From Octopus sinensis (Eukaryota), in the NCBI RefSeq assembly GCF_006345805.1, contig NC_043011.1, positions 21,836,464 to 21,900,463 on the forward strand: 64,000 nt of DNA, read 5' to 3'. The notes under the pieces are model-generated. The model was not told the DNA's origin, searched no databases, and was given only the letters and a program-made list of their open reading frames with translations. Of the stretch, positions 22,555 to 36,562 are shown piece after piece. The translations under genes and the position numbers were made by a program. Position 1 is the first letter of the stretch; each line of letters opens with the position of its first letter.

Positions 22555-25500
22555 ATTTTAGTTGCCTCTAACAGTACACATTGGATACAAGTTAGCGTGT
22601 TGGATTGTTGGTTCTTAAAAGATTGCTGTTACGTTCCATGTGGTTACTGCCGTTCGTTATTACACTGTTGCAGTGTATTCGTTTGTCTTTAAGGATATAA
22701 CATCTGGTAACGAAGATCGTTCAAAACTCACATTGGTTATTTGACAATTTCTGCGGCATGGAAAATCTATTAGCTGCTGTAGTACAGCTTTAAGAGAAGC
22801 AAAAGGAACAACTACAACAATTAGTAATAATAATAATAATAATAATAATGAAATTATTGTATACAGTGCTCTGGTGCACTACAACTTGTCAAAAGTGCAT
22901 ATAAAGCATATGCAGTAATGTACAAATGTCTGGAAAGCGAACAGAATAATGAAGGACTTCAACCAGTTATAGAGATCATCTCTTACACCCATTACAGAGA
23001 GTTTCACCATAAGTCTTTTGTGTGGCACAGAATTAAAAATCTTTGCAAAGTCCAGGTAAACAACATCCACCCAGAAGCTGCCATCAGTGATTCAGGTAAT
23101 GTCTTCAAGAAACTCGATGAGTTGATTACAGCAGCTGGAGTTAGGAATAAATCCAAATTGTGATAGCTGGATGAGGCTGTGAGACTTCCAGAAGTTCCAG
23201 AGGGTTTCTCTGACACAGGATTCCATCAGTTTGGCGATGCAGCTAGTAAGACTAACAGGGTGATAGTTGACAGGTGATGTGCGGTCACCTTTTTTGAACA
23301 GAGGGATAACACTGGCAGTTTTCCACTGCTCTGGAGTAACACCATTGTCAAGACAGAATTGAAAGAATAGTGAAAGTTGGTTCAGAAGAAAGTATCCACA
23401 GCATTTGAGAAGTAGGTATATAACACCCTCAAGACCAGGAGAGGCATAGTTACGTTTATTCTTAAGGTGGCGTTGTAGCATTGCTGGTGTAAATTTCATA
23501 GTAGTTATAGAGTCCAGTGATGGAGATGGAACATTTTGATCTTCGACAGTAAAGATGCCTGCATAGCATCCAGCAATAATTTCTGCACTTTCTTTGGGAT
23601 TGTCAGTAATCTGGCCTGTGTGGAGATTGCGAAGGGGACCAACTGGAGAGTAGGTCTCTGCTTTGAATGTGCATACTTCCAGAACACTTTGCTGTCAGGG
23701 TTGGTTGCTATGCGCTGTTCGAATCCAAGCACTGCCTTTTTTATCATCTGCTTGAGACGGTTGGATGATCTATTGCACTTTTTCCTGTTAATCTCTGATT
23801 TGTGCATTTTGTATTCATGTTCAGCATTACGGCTTTCTTTCCTGGCAAGTCGGACTGCTGCAGTCTCCCAAATTGCACTATTGGGAGGTTTTTGTGCTTG
23901 TGTGGTACCGATGCTGCACATGCTGTCCATATTGAATTCAGAATGTTTTGAAGTATAGTGTTCACATCTCCATAGACATAAAATTCAAGCTAGTTTGGGC
24001 ATTGCACCTCAGTACAATAAGAGTTCCAGTCTGCTTTATTCCAATCAAAGCGGGCAGTTTGAAGATGGTTGTGTTTTTTGTTACAACCAATCAGAGACAA
24101 GTCGGCCATGATCAAGGAATGATCAGAGTGACCTAAAGGTTCTTCAGTAGTGACACTAATAATTAATTTTAAAACAAAAAGTGCTAATGTTGTCAGAAGC
24201 TGGGACACAAGGGTTCTCATGTAGAACAAGACTAACATAGCTCAAACGTAAAAAGTTCTAAGGTGTTTTCAGTGGAGAGTGATTGCAATGGAAAAACAAG
24301 AAAATTCATGCATGTAAAAATAAATGATGTGAATACCAAATTACAGTTAAACACAGGTAATAATACTTGATTATAAATGTGGATATTGGGGAAAAAATTG
24401 GTGAACTGAGATTACATAAAACATAGCATGTGGTGTAACGAACGATAAATTACATTTCATGGGCAGAATGTGTATCGATATCACATTTTGAGGAGAGACA
24501 TTTGAAGCAAAATTATTTGTTGTGGATAATACAATGAATCTGTTTGGCACAGATTGGTTAGAACTATTTGATTTATGGCACCTCCCCATAAATCTTTACT
24601 GCAATAACATAAATGGTTGTCCCATTAAAAACAAGTCTTCGGAAGAACTGAAGAAAATATTAAAAAAATATTCCTACTAGCGTTATCAAAGGATTTAGGT
24701 TTATGCAGAAAGATGGAAGCCTATTTCCAAGTAAGTTATAATACTGTACCTGTATTTGAAGCAAACAGAAAAGTACTGTTTGCAGAAAATGAAACCGTAA
24801 CTGAGGTGTTAGACAGACTCAAAAAGAGTGGAGTCCTCAAAAGGGTGGATTACTCAAAGTGGGCGGTACCCACGGTATGTATTAAAAAAAAAATAATAAG
24901 ATTAGGCTGCATGCCGATTTCTCTACAGGATTGAATAACTATTTAAAAACATACCACCATCCACTCCCAACTGCAGAGGACATTTTTTCAAAGTTAAATG
25001 ATGGAAAAGTCTTTTCTGAATTACATCTGTCTGAGAACCATTTACAGATAAAAGCAAATGAAAAATGCTCAAAGTATTTGACAATAAATACATGCAGAGG
25101 ATTATACAGATACACATGATTACCTTTTGGATTAAAAGTGGCACCAGCAATATTCCAGCAAATCATGGATACTATGTTATGTGATTGTGAATTTACAATC
25201 CCATACTTGGACAATATTTTTTTATCAAGAGTAATTCTCATGAACAGCATGTGGAACACATAAAAGCTTTCTTTAAGAAAATTAAAGTTTTCAGGTTCAC
25301 TTTGAGTGAAGAAAAATGGGAATTCTTTTTATCCCAAATTAAGTACTTAGGGCAAATGATTGATAACAGATTGATAACATCTTGACCCACCGAGGGCAGA
25401 CGCAATAAGGAATAAGCTTGCGCCGACAAATATTCTAAATTTACAAGCATTTCTTGGGCTGGCAAACTACTACCAAAACTACATTCCTAATATGCACAAA

Positions 25501-26194
25501 TTAAGAGCTCCATTGAACAACTTATTAAAAAAAAGGAGTAAAGTGGAATTGAAGAAATAGAAAAAAATTCTAATCTCAGACCTGTTCTTGGACATCATTG
25601 TAGCATCTGATGCTTCCAAGCACAGATTAGGTGCAGTTCTACTTCATAAATATGAAGACGGAAGTACAAAACCAGTGGTTCATGTTTCGTGCTCGCTAAA
25701 AGCTGCAGAGAAAAGATGTAGTGAAATTGAAAAGGAGACGCTAGCAATTATTTTTGCAGTTAAAAAATTTCACAGGTTTCTGCATGGAAGTATTCTGTGA
25801 AATATTCGATGTACTGGTACCAAAAGTAATACAGTCCTGTAGAACCAGTATGAGAAAAGAAAGCAGACCGAACACCTTGAGATAATGCCCAAGCAAAAGA
25901 GATACTAAAATAAATAAATAAATAAATAAATTTCTTTATTCCTTTGGAATCTCAAAAGGGAGATGTGTAAGAGTATGACGTCCCCTGGTGAGAATGAACT
26001 GGACCACTACATAGCAGTCTGAGTAAGTGAGGTAGTTTGTGCTAGTTCCACAGTTTGTATGTTAACAGTTCAAAGTTTTCAAGTTGGATTGTTGGTTCTT
26101 AAAAGATTGTTACATTCTGTGTGGTTACTGCCATTTGTTTCAATTATATTATTACACTGTTGCAGTATATTCGTTTATTCTTAAGGATATAACA
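22555..26194 (+). mobile_element. Decayed Gypsy (Mag-like) LTR retrotransposon
   Basis: Partial 5' LTR ends ...GGATATAACA (22702). PBS TGGTAACGAAGAT (22705-22717) resembles the tRNA-Ser(GCU) type TGGCGACGAGGAT. Gag CCHC remnant at ~24185, protease QL(N)TG, RT (YSKWAVP, HPLPTAEDIFSKLN, INTCRGLYRY, APAIFQQIMD, YLDN), RNase H (VASDAS..LGAVL..EIEKETLAIIFAVKKFH). PPT AAAAGGGAGA precedes the 3' LTR at 25964-26194 (TG...CA). Integrase is deleted. Confidence 0.9.
22950..24165 (-). mobile_element. CR1-clade LINE ORF2 internal fragment nested in the Gypsy gag region
   Basis: EEPLGHSDH, FDWNKADW, NPDSKVFWKY, WKTASVIPLFKKGDRTSPVNYHPVSLTSCIAKLMES, QFGF, DVVYLDFAKIFNSVPHKRL; stops after RT domain 3. Confidence 0.9.
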
Positions 26195-26901
26195 GTTATA
26201 TAGCATTCTAAATATTGGATGCAATTATATTGGCAGTTTGAGAAATATATATATATATATATAAATATATATTTTGCAATATATATATATCGCAAGATAC
26301 TTGATGTGAATTTGTGTATTGAAACAAATTTTGTTGTCTTGGAAGAGTTTTTACACCAATAATAAAAAGACTTGCACAGGTTCAATTCCACTTCTTTATT
26401 GTTAGTCAATAGAATTGAACCTGTGCGCTTGTGTTATTTATTATTGGCATAATTACTCTCCCAAGACCCAACAAAATATACACACACTTCTAAGTTCCAT
26501 ATATCATAAACTCTATAGTCAGTTGTTTAGACATCATGGAAGCATTCTTAGGCAGAACACATTGATTCAGCCAGAAATATGTGCTGCTTTGGGAAGACTA
26601 TCAAATGGGAAAACATTGTAATTTGCTGCTGAAAAGTTGCACATCCTTGTAAATAAAAGTAATTATCGTAATTTGTAGTTTTGGAGCAAGGTTGCAAGTT
26701 TTGGAAAAAACCAATACCCAATTAAATAAACTCTAGTACATAGCTGGTATTTACTTTATCAATGCCAGAATGATGAACAGTGAATTTGACTTTAGTGGGA
26801 TTAGAATTGTTTTGTGAATTGCTACATGTCTTTTATTTAGCTGACATATCAAACCACTCAAAATTTAGGTGCTTCTGTTTTTATCGCTTTTGTTTGTTAA
26901 A

Positions 26902-27332
26902 CCCTTTGGCATTGTCAAATGTAACGCTTATATATTCACATTGTTTTGAATTAATCATGCATTATCTCATAGCTTCAAGATTTTGATGATGTGATGAGGT
27001 TATGTTTAGAATGACATAGTATGGTAAGAGTGAGAGACCAGGTCTAGCTGGTTTGAAGATAAAACAAGTTGAGTATTTGGGCCAGATATGGTCATTTTAA
27101 CCCTTTTGTTCCTGTATTTATTTTGAGATGCTCTGTGTCTCTTTCAATTACTTTAAATATAACAAAGAATTTAATAAAATAACTTAGTTATCATTCAGCT
27201 AGTGTTAGGAACATAAATTGTGACTAAAGTTTGGAAGATTTTAATTCAAAACTTATGAAAACAAGACATTTGTACTCAGAGCCAGAGCCGGTTTCGGCCA
27301 GGTTGGTAACGAAAGGGTTAAATACTAAAGGG
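26902..27332. mobile_element. piggyBac-type MITE containing a second piggyBac-type MITE (27101-27317)
   Basis: Outer CCCTTTGGCATT...ATACTAAAGGG|TTAA; inner TTAA|CCCTTTTGTT...AACGAAAGGG|TTAA. Uninterrupted outer-family copies lie at ~40528-40742 and ~59626-59850. Confidence 0.7.
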
Positions 27333-29693
27333 TTAAAGATGTAAGTATATACTACAAAATATCTAGTCTGAACCTCTACTGTTTCTTCTACTAAAGATAT
27401 AAAAAAGTCAACAATTTTGGAAGGAATTGAATTTTACTAGCTTAAATAGCAAATTTTACAAAGGTATTTTCCCAAAAATGACATGGGAGAAAAATTAACC
27501 ATATGGTCATATGACAAATGAGAAAATCATTGTCACCACCATCATCATCATCGTTGTTTTAATGTTTACTCTTCCATGCTTGCATGAGTCAGGCAGAATT
27601 CAGTGAGGCAAATTTTCTATGGACAGATGCCTGCCCTGTTGATAACTCTCACTTATTTCCAAGCAAGATAATATTTTCACAAAGACCAAAACATTGTTTT
27701 CATGGAAGATTAACAATGAATGACGCCACTTGTATGATAGTGACACTATTTTACAACTATCATGTGATGTCAAGAGAAGGAGGCACATACACTCACATGA
27801 GCATAAAAAATAGATGTTTAAATGATGATGATGGGGATGATATATGTATATATGCAAAAAAAAAAAAAAAATGGTTTCTAGCATTGGCCATTTAGATTTT
27901 CCTTACTTCACTAATGTTGATAAAAAAATTGTCCCTCTTAGGTTCAGCCAGCTTATTGTTTATCACAGAAAAGCATACAGAATATGAGGTCATCTCTATG
28001 TTACTTTTTTTTTCTACGGATACATGCATACACACTCATATGCATGCACACACACATATGCATACACACACACTCATATGCATACACACACACACTCATG
28101 CATACACACACACACTCATATGCATACACAGACACACACTCATATGCATACATACACACGCATGTGCATACACACACACACACACATATGCATACACACA
28201 TACACTCATATGCATACACACATACAGTCTCCAACACACACGTGTGTGTGTGTGTGTGTGTGTACCATGTGTGTATAAACATATATATATATATATATAT
28301 ATACATACATATAAATTTATATTTATTCAATAATTGATTATGAATAAATTTTGTCTTTTTTTTTTATTTCTTTGTGGCTTCACCTTAACTTCTCAAAAGA
28401 ATAAATAAGCTACTAGAGGAAAGTTTGGGAATTACTGGTTTTATATAAGCAGGGCTTGAATCAATATATCCCATGGATATAAGCCTGCATGTCCATTCTT
28501 TCAACTTTATACAAAGGTGTTAGTGGCAAGAGCTGATGAATTCATGACTCATATAGAAAGGGCATTGTTAAGAATATTTCATTGTGTTCTTTTTATTTAT
28601 CTAACTGGAAATCCAAGTCAATCCACACTCCAGTCATGGTGTGTGGATAAACACTTACTTGTTTGACTACTTAATGGTACTATTATGATATCTGCCCAAT
28701 GAAATACCCCAATATTTTTTTTATTTGCTTAAATGTTTCCCTTTTTTAGCAATTAATATGATTCCCTTGTTGCTTCAATTTATCTTTTACTTGTTTCAGT
28801 CATTGGGTTGTGGCCACGCTGTGGCACTACCTTGGTGATTTTAGTGGAACAAATAGACTCCAATACTGTTTTTTTTTTTGTACTTTTATAAAACCTGGTA
28901 CTTATTCTATCAGTCTCTTTTGCTAGCTTACAGGGATGTTAACTAGACATTACCAGCTATCAAGTGTTGAAGAGGGAAAACACACACACATTTATACGGC
29001 AGGCTTCTTTCAGTTTCCACCTACTAAATCCACTCGCAAAGTTTTGGTCAGTCCAGAGCTAAAGAAGACACTTGCCCAAGGTGCCACACAGTGAGACTGG
29101 ACCCCAAACCACAAAGTTTGGAAGTAATCTTCTCATCCACACAGCCATACCTGCACCTAGTTTGAGATTTTGTCAAGCAATGATCCTAGTATTGTTCTGA
29201 TGTTGGTAAAAGTACAATATATCTAAATATTTTTTATAATACTTAAATTCAATTTGAGAAATGAGCCTCAACTGCTTTACCAACCACATTACTATTTTAA
29301 TATAAAAGACTAACCATTGTCATGAAAATTGTTAATACATTGTTGACTTTACAATAAGTCATTGTAAAAATACAATTGAGCTTTGGGAGTTACTATATTT
29401 ATTTTTTTATTTTTTCAAGGAAAAATGTTAATTGAAGTCAGCCATAACAATATTTACTTCATTGTTATTACACCACAAATATTTTTTCATAGTAATTTTG
29501 TTTTCTTCCTTTGTTTTTCTACAAACTCTGATACTTTCTCTCTTATATAGAGTATAAATGTGTGTATAATGTGAATGTGTGTGTGTATGTATATGTGTGC
29601 ATGTATATGTATTTACATGTATGTATGTATGTTTGTATGTGCTTATGCATATATGGATATATGTGTGTATACATACATATATATATATATATA

Positions 29694-29835
29694 TACATTT
29701 GTGTATGTATGTATATATACATTTGTGTATGTATGTATATATACATTTGTGTATGTATGTATATATACATTTGTGTATGTATGTATATATACATTTGTGT
29801 ATGTATGTATGTATACATTTGTGTATGTATGTGTA
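29694..29835 (+). repeat. 24-bp minisatellite (ACATTTGTGTATGTATGTATATAT) x~6
   Basis: Direct tandem units visible; gives an 8-aa repeat in the ORF track. Confidence 0.9.
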
Positions 29836-30059
29836 TATATATACATACATATATACATACATACACACACATATATATATAGATGTATTTCTCCATTTTC
29901 TTATCTTGTATATATATATATATATATAATATGTACATACATACACATATATGTGTGTATATGTATATATATATATATATAAAAAAATTAGTATTTGGAA
30001 AGAAAACTTTGAGAATCTAGCAAGAAACTGTGCAGAGTGAAAGAGAGAGTGCTTTTTTT

Positions 30060-30230
30060 CCAGCTTCAAAATTCCCAAACCCAAAAGGTACAACATTCAA
30101 GAGCAGTTACGGGAAAACAGGGAAAGAAACCAACAGAACAACAGCCCGCCCACAAACCACCATCGTCCACATTGCGATTCTTCAGTTAGATCACATGCTG
30201 GTTTAATAAGCCATGCTTATTCTCATAGCC
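30060..30230 (+). mobile_element. RTE LINE 3'-end fragment (C-terminal C2H2-like motif)
   Basis: ..PHCDSSVRSHAGLISHAYSH resembles the RTE ORF C-terminal CxxC...RxxxGLxSHxxxH motif. Confidence 0.5.
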
Positions 30231-30574
30231 ATATTGCTTTTGGTTGCCTGAGAACTCACATGAGGAGTCACCAGGTAAAATGAGTGAATTGTAAACATGG
30301 ATGAATGGTAATAATAGTAATGTGAGTGTGTTGGTTGATTGTCTATCTAGCTAGATTTCTTTTTCTTGTCTTCTTGCTGAACATTCATACATCATATCAA
30401 CCTGGGCAAAATGCTTTGTAAGCTCTCTGTTAGTACACGAGACTAACAATATTGTTTAGATTAGTAAAGAACTCTGTGTATTCTTGTGGCAGGATCCGAG
30501 GTTATAGTTCATCATTCTTTCTATATTGTAAGTCTGTGTAAACCTTCTCTTTCAGATATCCATGATTGAGATCT

Positions 30575-31059
30575 TTTTGTGTCCGGCCAATCAAAGTAGA
30601 TTTCACACATGATGAGACAACTGCTCATACTGCAAGAGAAACAATGCAGTTGCTACCGCAGTGCTTTGGAGAGAGAATAATCCCCTGCTATGGCAATGTC
30701 AACTGGCCTTCACATTCCCTAGACTTGACTAGCCTGGATTTTTTTCTTGTGGGGATACCTGAAAGAGAGAGTTTACATCAGCAAATCACAGACCCTGGTG
30801 CTGCTGAATGTGAACATCAGTAGAGAAATCAGAGAACAGGGGTCTGAAACTCTTGAGAATGTTATGGTGCAAGTTTTGGAAAGAGCATGGGCATGTGAAG
30901 CCAAAAATGGCTGCCATTTAAGCGATGTCATTTTTCATATGTGATGTAGTGACTTGTGCATATTAATTTCCATTATGTCCTTTATATTGTATCAAAATTG
31001 CATGCATTTATTTGTAAAGTTAAGGAAGTTATTAAAAATTGAAACCCTGGGACACTCTG
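30575..31059 (+). mobile_element. Tc1/mariner-superfamily 3' fragment with right TIR
   Basis: HDETTAHTARETMQLL...VNWPSHSLDLTSLDFF / WGYLKERVY (xDGATAH, WPxxSPDLxPxDFFLWGYLK motifs); ends GGGACACTCTG|TA. Confidence 0.75.
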
Positions 31060-32945
31060 TATATATAGCCCTTCAACCTGTAACTACTTTGATAATTGCT
31101 AACGCACGAAACTCTTGAACTTTGAGTCACTCTGCAGCTTCTTTTAAATATTAATGTGTGGGCGTGTGTCTGTGTATGTGTTAGTTACTGTTGGCAAATA
31201 CTAATATATTGGATGGGGGCAGTTACAATCTTTAAAAACCAGGAAATGGTCCACTTTTTCTTTTTTAATGGTTTGCAAAAAAAAATAATAATAAATAGAA
31301 ACTCAATCCTATATGGGTGGTGCAACTAATATTTGTACTAGTACCGAAGTGGAATTCTAGTTAGACACTTTAACCACTTTAATGCAGCAGCTGCTACTCT
31401 CACATGATTGTCATAGGAAGTAGGAGTGAATGAGTTTCACTTTCTTAGAATTTCTTCAGAGGGTACCAGGGACATGTTTACAATAACTGAGTTTTGTTTC
31501 TAGATTTGGTTTCACAGCAGGGAATTTATAATGTTCAAAATGAATTTGAATATGACTCATTGCTTGAGTAATCTGAACTTGCAACATGTGTTATTAAGTT
31601 CTTTAAAATATTTTGTTTGAACTTTTTTTTTTTAACTTGTTAAACAGAACCTATCATCATCATCATCATTGTTTAACGTCCGTTTTCCTTGCTGGCATGG
31701 GTTGGACGGTTCAACTGGAGTCTGGGAAGCCAGGAGACTGCACCAGGCTCCAGTCTGATCTGGCAGTGTTTCTACAGCTGGATGCCCTTCCTAATGCCAA
31801 CCACTCCGTGATTTTTGATATTTAGTAATGATAGTAGCTACAGCTGATTTAAAAGGTTGTTGGTGTTGTTATATAAAGAATGCTGCTAAGTTATGCTAGT
31901 TGTATTTTTATTTTATTCTTTTAGTTGTTTTAGTCTCTTGACTGCGGTCATGCTGGAGCACCGCCTTTAGTTGAACAAATTGACCCCAGGACTTATTCTT
32001 TTTGCCGAACTGCCAAGTTAAGGGGACATAAACACACCAACATCAGTTGTCAAGCAATGGTGGTGGGGTGGACAAACTTTCTCCCAGTAATAATTCTATT
32101 GGTTTCAAATTTTGGTACACGGCCAGGAATTATAGAAGTGTGGATTCAACTGGTACTTATTTTATTGACCCTAAGGATGAAAAGCAAAGCTAACCTCAGC
32201 AGAATTTGAACCCAGAATGTAAAAATGGACAAACTGCTGCTAGCCATTTTGCCTGGTGTGCTAACAATTCTGCTAGCTCACCACCTTAGTACTTATTTCA
32301 TTGACTCAAGGCCAGCAATTTGAACTGTAGGGGTAAGTCAATTACACTAACCCCAGTGTTCAACTGTTACCCTTTTATCAAACCTGTAAGGATTTGAAGG
32401 CAAAGTTGACTTCGGTGGAATGTGACCTCAGTACATAAAGAACCAGAAGAAGTGCCACTAAGCATTTCGTTTGACTTGCCAATGATTCTACCAGTTCACT
32501 GCCTTAAATAATAAAAATGATGATAATGCATAAATAGATAGATCTTATTGGAATGTTTAGCCTGGCTATTGTGATAATTATAGCAGGTTAGAGGATCTTC
32601 TAAATTTTTTTTCAAATTTATGATCACTGTCCAAACTGTTTTATATCCAAAAATTCTCAAATTCTGAGAGCAAATTAACAGATTTGTGATATCTAAATTT
32701 TTAGAAAATCATCCAGGTGCTAATTAAATAATCTCAATAATCATAGAATATCATCTTCTGATTCACTTAAAATGGAAATCACATTGTCTACATTTTGGAT
32801 TTATGCCATCTCTTTACTTAGTTATATTTCTTTCCTAATGGCAAATAATATTAAGATTTGGCAAATTCCTCCTACCACTATTAATAGACTTGTTACCTCA
32901 TTTCTGCTATTCTTTTTCTCCCTCTCTTCCTCTCTCTCTCTCTCT

Positions 32946-33937
32946 AAACATCTATCTATCTCCTTCCCTGCTAACTCTTTAATTCTGTCTCCTGGTTTAT
33001 CATAATAAATCTGATTTCTATTTTTACTTTGTCAGTTCGTGAATTACAAGAATGTGCTTTATCACAATAGATATTAATACATATTACTACATATATTTCA
33101 CCTGAAGTCTTCCTTCCCTTCCTCATTCCAATCTGAGGTGTCGATAATAACTTTAGTATCACTGAAATATTTGGTATAGAACCATTTCTTTTAATATGGT
33201 TAAATCAAATCAAGAAGTTGTTCAGAATTTTATCAATTATTTCATCTGAATTATTTAAAAAAAAATATATTTAATTTCTATAATGCATAATTCTCTTTTT
33301 TTTTCTCACCTCCAAAATGCAAATAATTCAAGTTATTATTTTTCTTTGAAGATTTACTACAGTATATATCAAGCCAACTAGGGATGCTCTGTGTAGTTAC
33401 AGAACCTGCTAGAAATAACAGCCATTTTTCTCTCAGTCACACTCTACCACCTTAAAAATGGAAGCACATACTGGGCAGTGTTAGAAGCATGCAAAAAAAA
33501 AAAAGTAGAATAACCATGGACAGATCATCTCTGAATATAGATCTCTTCAATCATGATTGATTCAGGTGGAGTAAGGTGGAGAAGATGAATGAAACCTGGA
33601 ATATGTTTGTTGTAATTTTTTAAATTATTAGTCGAAAGAAGACAGTTCTACAGGTTTGAAATTGAAATTACAACCAGACTAGATGATGTTAAACTCTGCA
33701 TCTAACAGCTAACTTTCTTAAATCCATCCCTTTTGACACCTGGCATCATTATCATATCTCTTTTGTATGTCTTTCAACTTTCAATCTATATTTAGATTCT
33801 TGTAGCTGATGTTCTCTTCTTCTTTTCATTGGTATATCTCTGGTCTATATTTAGACGTCTACAGCTGATGGTCTCTTCCACTCTTTTATTAACTGCTATA
33901 GCCGATGTGTGTCTGCCTTTCTCCTTCATACAATTAG

Positions 33938-33969
<32 letters not shown>

Positions 33970-34959
33970 AAACATCTATCTATCTCCTTCCCTGCTAACT
34001 CTTTAATTCTGTCTCCTGGTTTATCATAATAAATCTGATTTCTATTTTTACTTTGTCAGTTCGTGAATTACAAGAATGTGCTTTATCACAATAGATATTA
34101 ATACATATTACTACATATATTTCACCTGAAGTCTTCCTTCCCTTCCTCATTCCAATCTGAGGTGTCGATAATAACTTTAGTATCACTGAAATATTTGGTA
34201 TAGAACCATTTCTTTTAATATGGTTAAATCAAATCAAGAAGTTGTTCAGAATTTTATCAATTATTTCATCTGAATTATTTAAAAAAAAATATATTTAATT
34301 TCTATAATGCATAATTCTCTTTTTTTTTCTCACCTCCAAAATGCAAATAATTCAAGTTATTATTTTTCTTTGAAGATTTACTACAGTATATATCAAGCCA
34401 ACTAGGGATGCTCTGTGTAGTTACAGAACCTGCTAGAAATAACAGCCATTTTTCTCTCAGTCACACTCTACCACCTTAAAAATGGAAGCACATACTGGGC
34501 AGTGTTAGAAGCATGCAAAAAAAAAAAAGTAGAATAACCATGGACAGATCATCTCTGAATATAGATCTCTTCAATCATGATTGATTCAGGTGGAGTAAGG
34601 TGGAGAAGATGAATGAAACCTGGAATATGTTTGTTGTAATTTTTTAAATTATTAGTCGAAAGAAGACAGTTCTACAGGTTTGAAATTGAAATTACAACCA
34701 GACTAGATGATGTTAAACTCTGCATCTAACAGCTAACTTTCTTAAATCCATCCCTTTTGACACCTGGCATCATTATCATATCTCTTTTGTATGTCTTTCA
34801 ACTTTCAATCTATATTTAGATTCTTGTAGCTGATGTTCTCTTCTTCTTTTCATTGGTATATCTCTGGTCTATATTTAGACGTCTACAGCTGATGGTCTCT
34901 TCCACTCTTTTATTAACTGCTATAGCCGATGTGTGTCTGCCTTTCTCCTTCATACAATT

Positions 34960-34975
<16 letters not shown>
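32946..34975 (+). repeat. Exact 1024-bp tandem duplication bounded by (CT)n tracts
   Basis: The offset is exactly 1024 at every landmark checked (aaacatctatc at 32946/33970; gccgatgtg at 33901/34925). The homopolymer lengths checked are identical. Confidence 0.95.
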
Positions 34976-35002
<27 letters not shown>

Positions 35003-36242
35003 CTATCTATCTATCTATCTCACTTTCTCTCTCTCTCTCTCCACATTATTAAAATCAATATTCCAAAGACCTCTCCTCTATCTTCCATTGTTGATCTGTC
35101 TCTAATTTATATTTATGCTAAGTACTGATTGTCTTATCACTACTTTGACAAGTACAGTGAAATCTATGCTTTACTGAGGAGGTTTAATGATATGGAAACA
35201 TGTCCAGAGTTGTTTCCCATACTTACCAAAATATTGTTGTTTCCCATACTTAAAATATTAGTCAGAGATATTGCTGCCCTTTCTTCATTATATAACTATT
35301 TTGGATCTTTGGTGCAAACTTATTTATTTAAAAAAAAATTATACCATATAGCCTTGTTGATTACAGGTTTCCAAAGGGACAATTAGTAGGTTACTGCATT
35401 TCTAACAGTGAGAGTGATAAGGGTTTTTATAAGTTGATGCAGAACAAATATGTCAGAGGACTTTGTCTGTAAAGTGGTAATTTTTTTTCCACTGATGCTC
35501 ATAATCTTTGTTGATATACATCGGCAAATGATACACACAAACATACACACACATACAAACATGTATGCATACATTCATCATCATCATTTAGCATCCACTT
35601 TCGATACTGGCATGGGTTAAACGGTTTGACTGGAACTGGTAAGCCGGATAGCTGCACCAGATTCCAGTCTGATTTTGCATGGTTTCTATAGCTGGATGCC
35701 CTTTCTAACACCAACCACTCCAAGAAACCAAATTGGTTACAACATTCTCATTAGATAGGGATGAAATTTCTTACCTGATTGTATAATGATGTTCTTACCT
35801 GATTGTGTAATGAGGAAAAACAAGCCAATATAGCAACATAGCCATAAGTGTCTCCAACAGAAGATGAAAGTTACAAATACTTAAGGACAGTGTCACCATA
35901 AAGCAAGGTCACACTGAGCAGTTGCCCAGAGCCCTCATGCGTCTAGGGTCCCAATTATGATCTGTGTATGCTGTGGTTTGCTGTCAATAAATAAATACTA
36001 TAGCAAGCTCGACCAGATGACAATGAAAAATTGTAAAGAATATAAATCATATGGAACTAATATTTGGCTAGGTACTCAGTGTCTTTTAAATAGAATCACA
36101 TTAATGAAACATTGAATTTACAGGTTTGATAATCATATTACTAAGAATTTCAACCCATGTTTTGGCCATATAATCATATGTGTGATATTTCTGAACTTCA
36201 TTCAAATTACCAAAAGTGGTCACTTTGCTGTTTTTACCTACA

Positions 36243-36401
36243 AACAGTAACAGTTGTATTTTTTTTCCTTTTTGTTATTTTATTTTATTGAAGGAGTGCC
36301 AGAATTGCCTCCAGTTTCATTTAACAGTAACAGTTGTTTTTTTTTCCTTTTTGTTATTTTATTTTATTGAAGGAGTGCCAGAATAGCCTCCAGTTTCATT
36401 T
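36243..36401 (+). repeat. 80-bp tandem duplication
   Basis: aacagtaacagttgt...gcctccagtttcatt starts at 36243 and 36323, with about 2 differences. Confidence 0.9.
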
Positions 36402-36562
36402 TAAATGTCCACTGCATAGTGAACAAGTTACTAAGAATCCTGGCTCAAAAAATCCATTTGAGCTTATGCAGTTGGTTATCACTCAATCATGTCTTTGATG
36501 ACAAGCTTTTACATCCATCTTAGGATGATACAATCAAACAGTTATTAATTTTTAGCATAAAG

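Noticed and set aside
28530-28570. CTGATGA...GAAA spacing
   Set aside because: No helix I, II or III pairing.
29428-30096. 222-aa ORF with IHKCIYTY repeats
   Set aside because: Produced by a 24-bp minisatellite within dinucleotide tracts.
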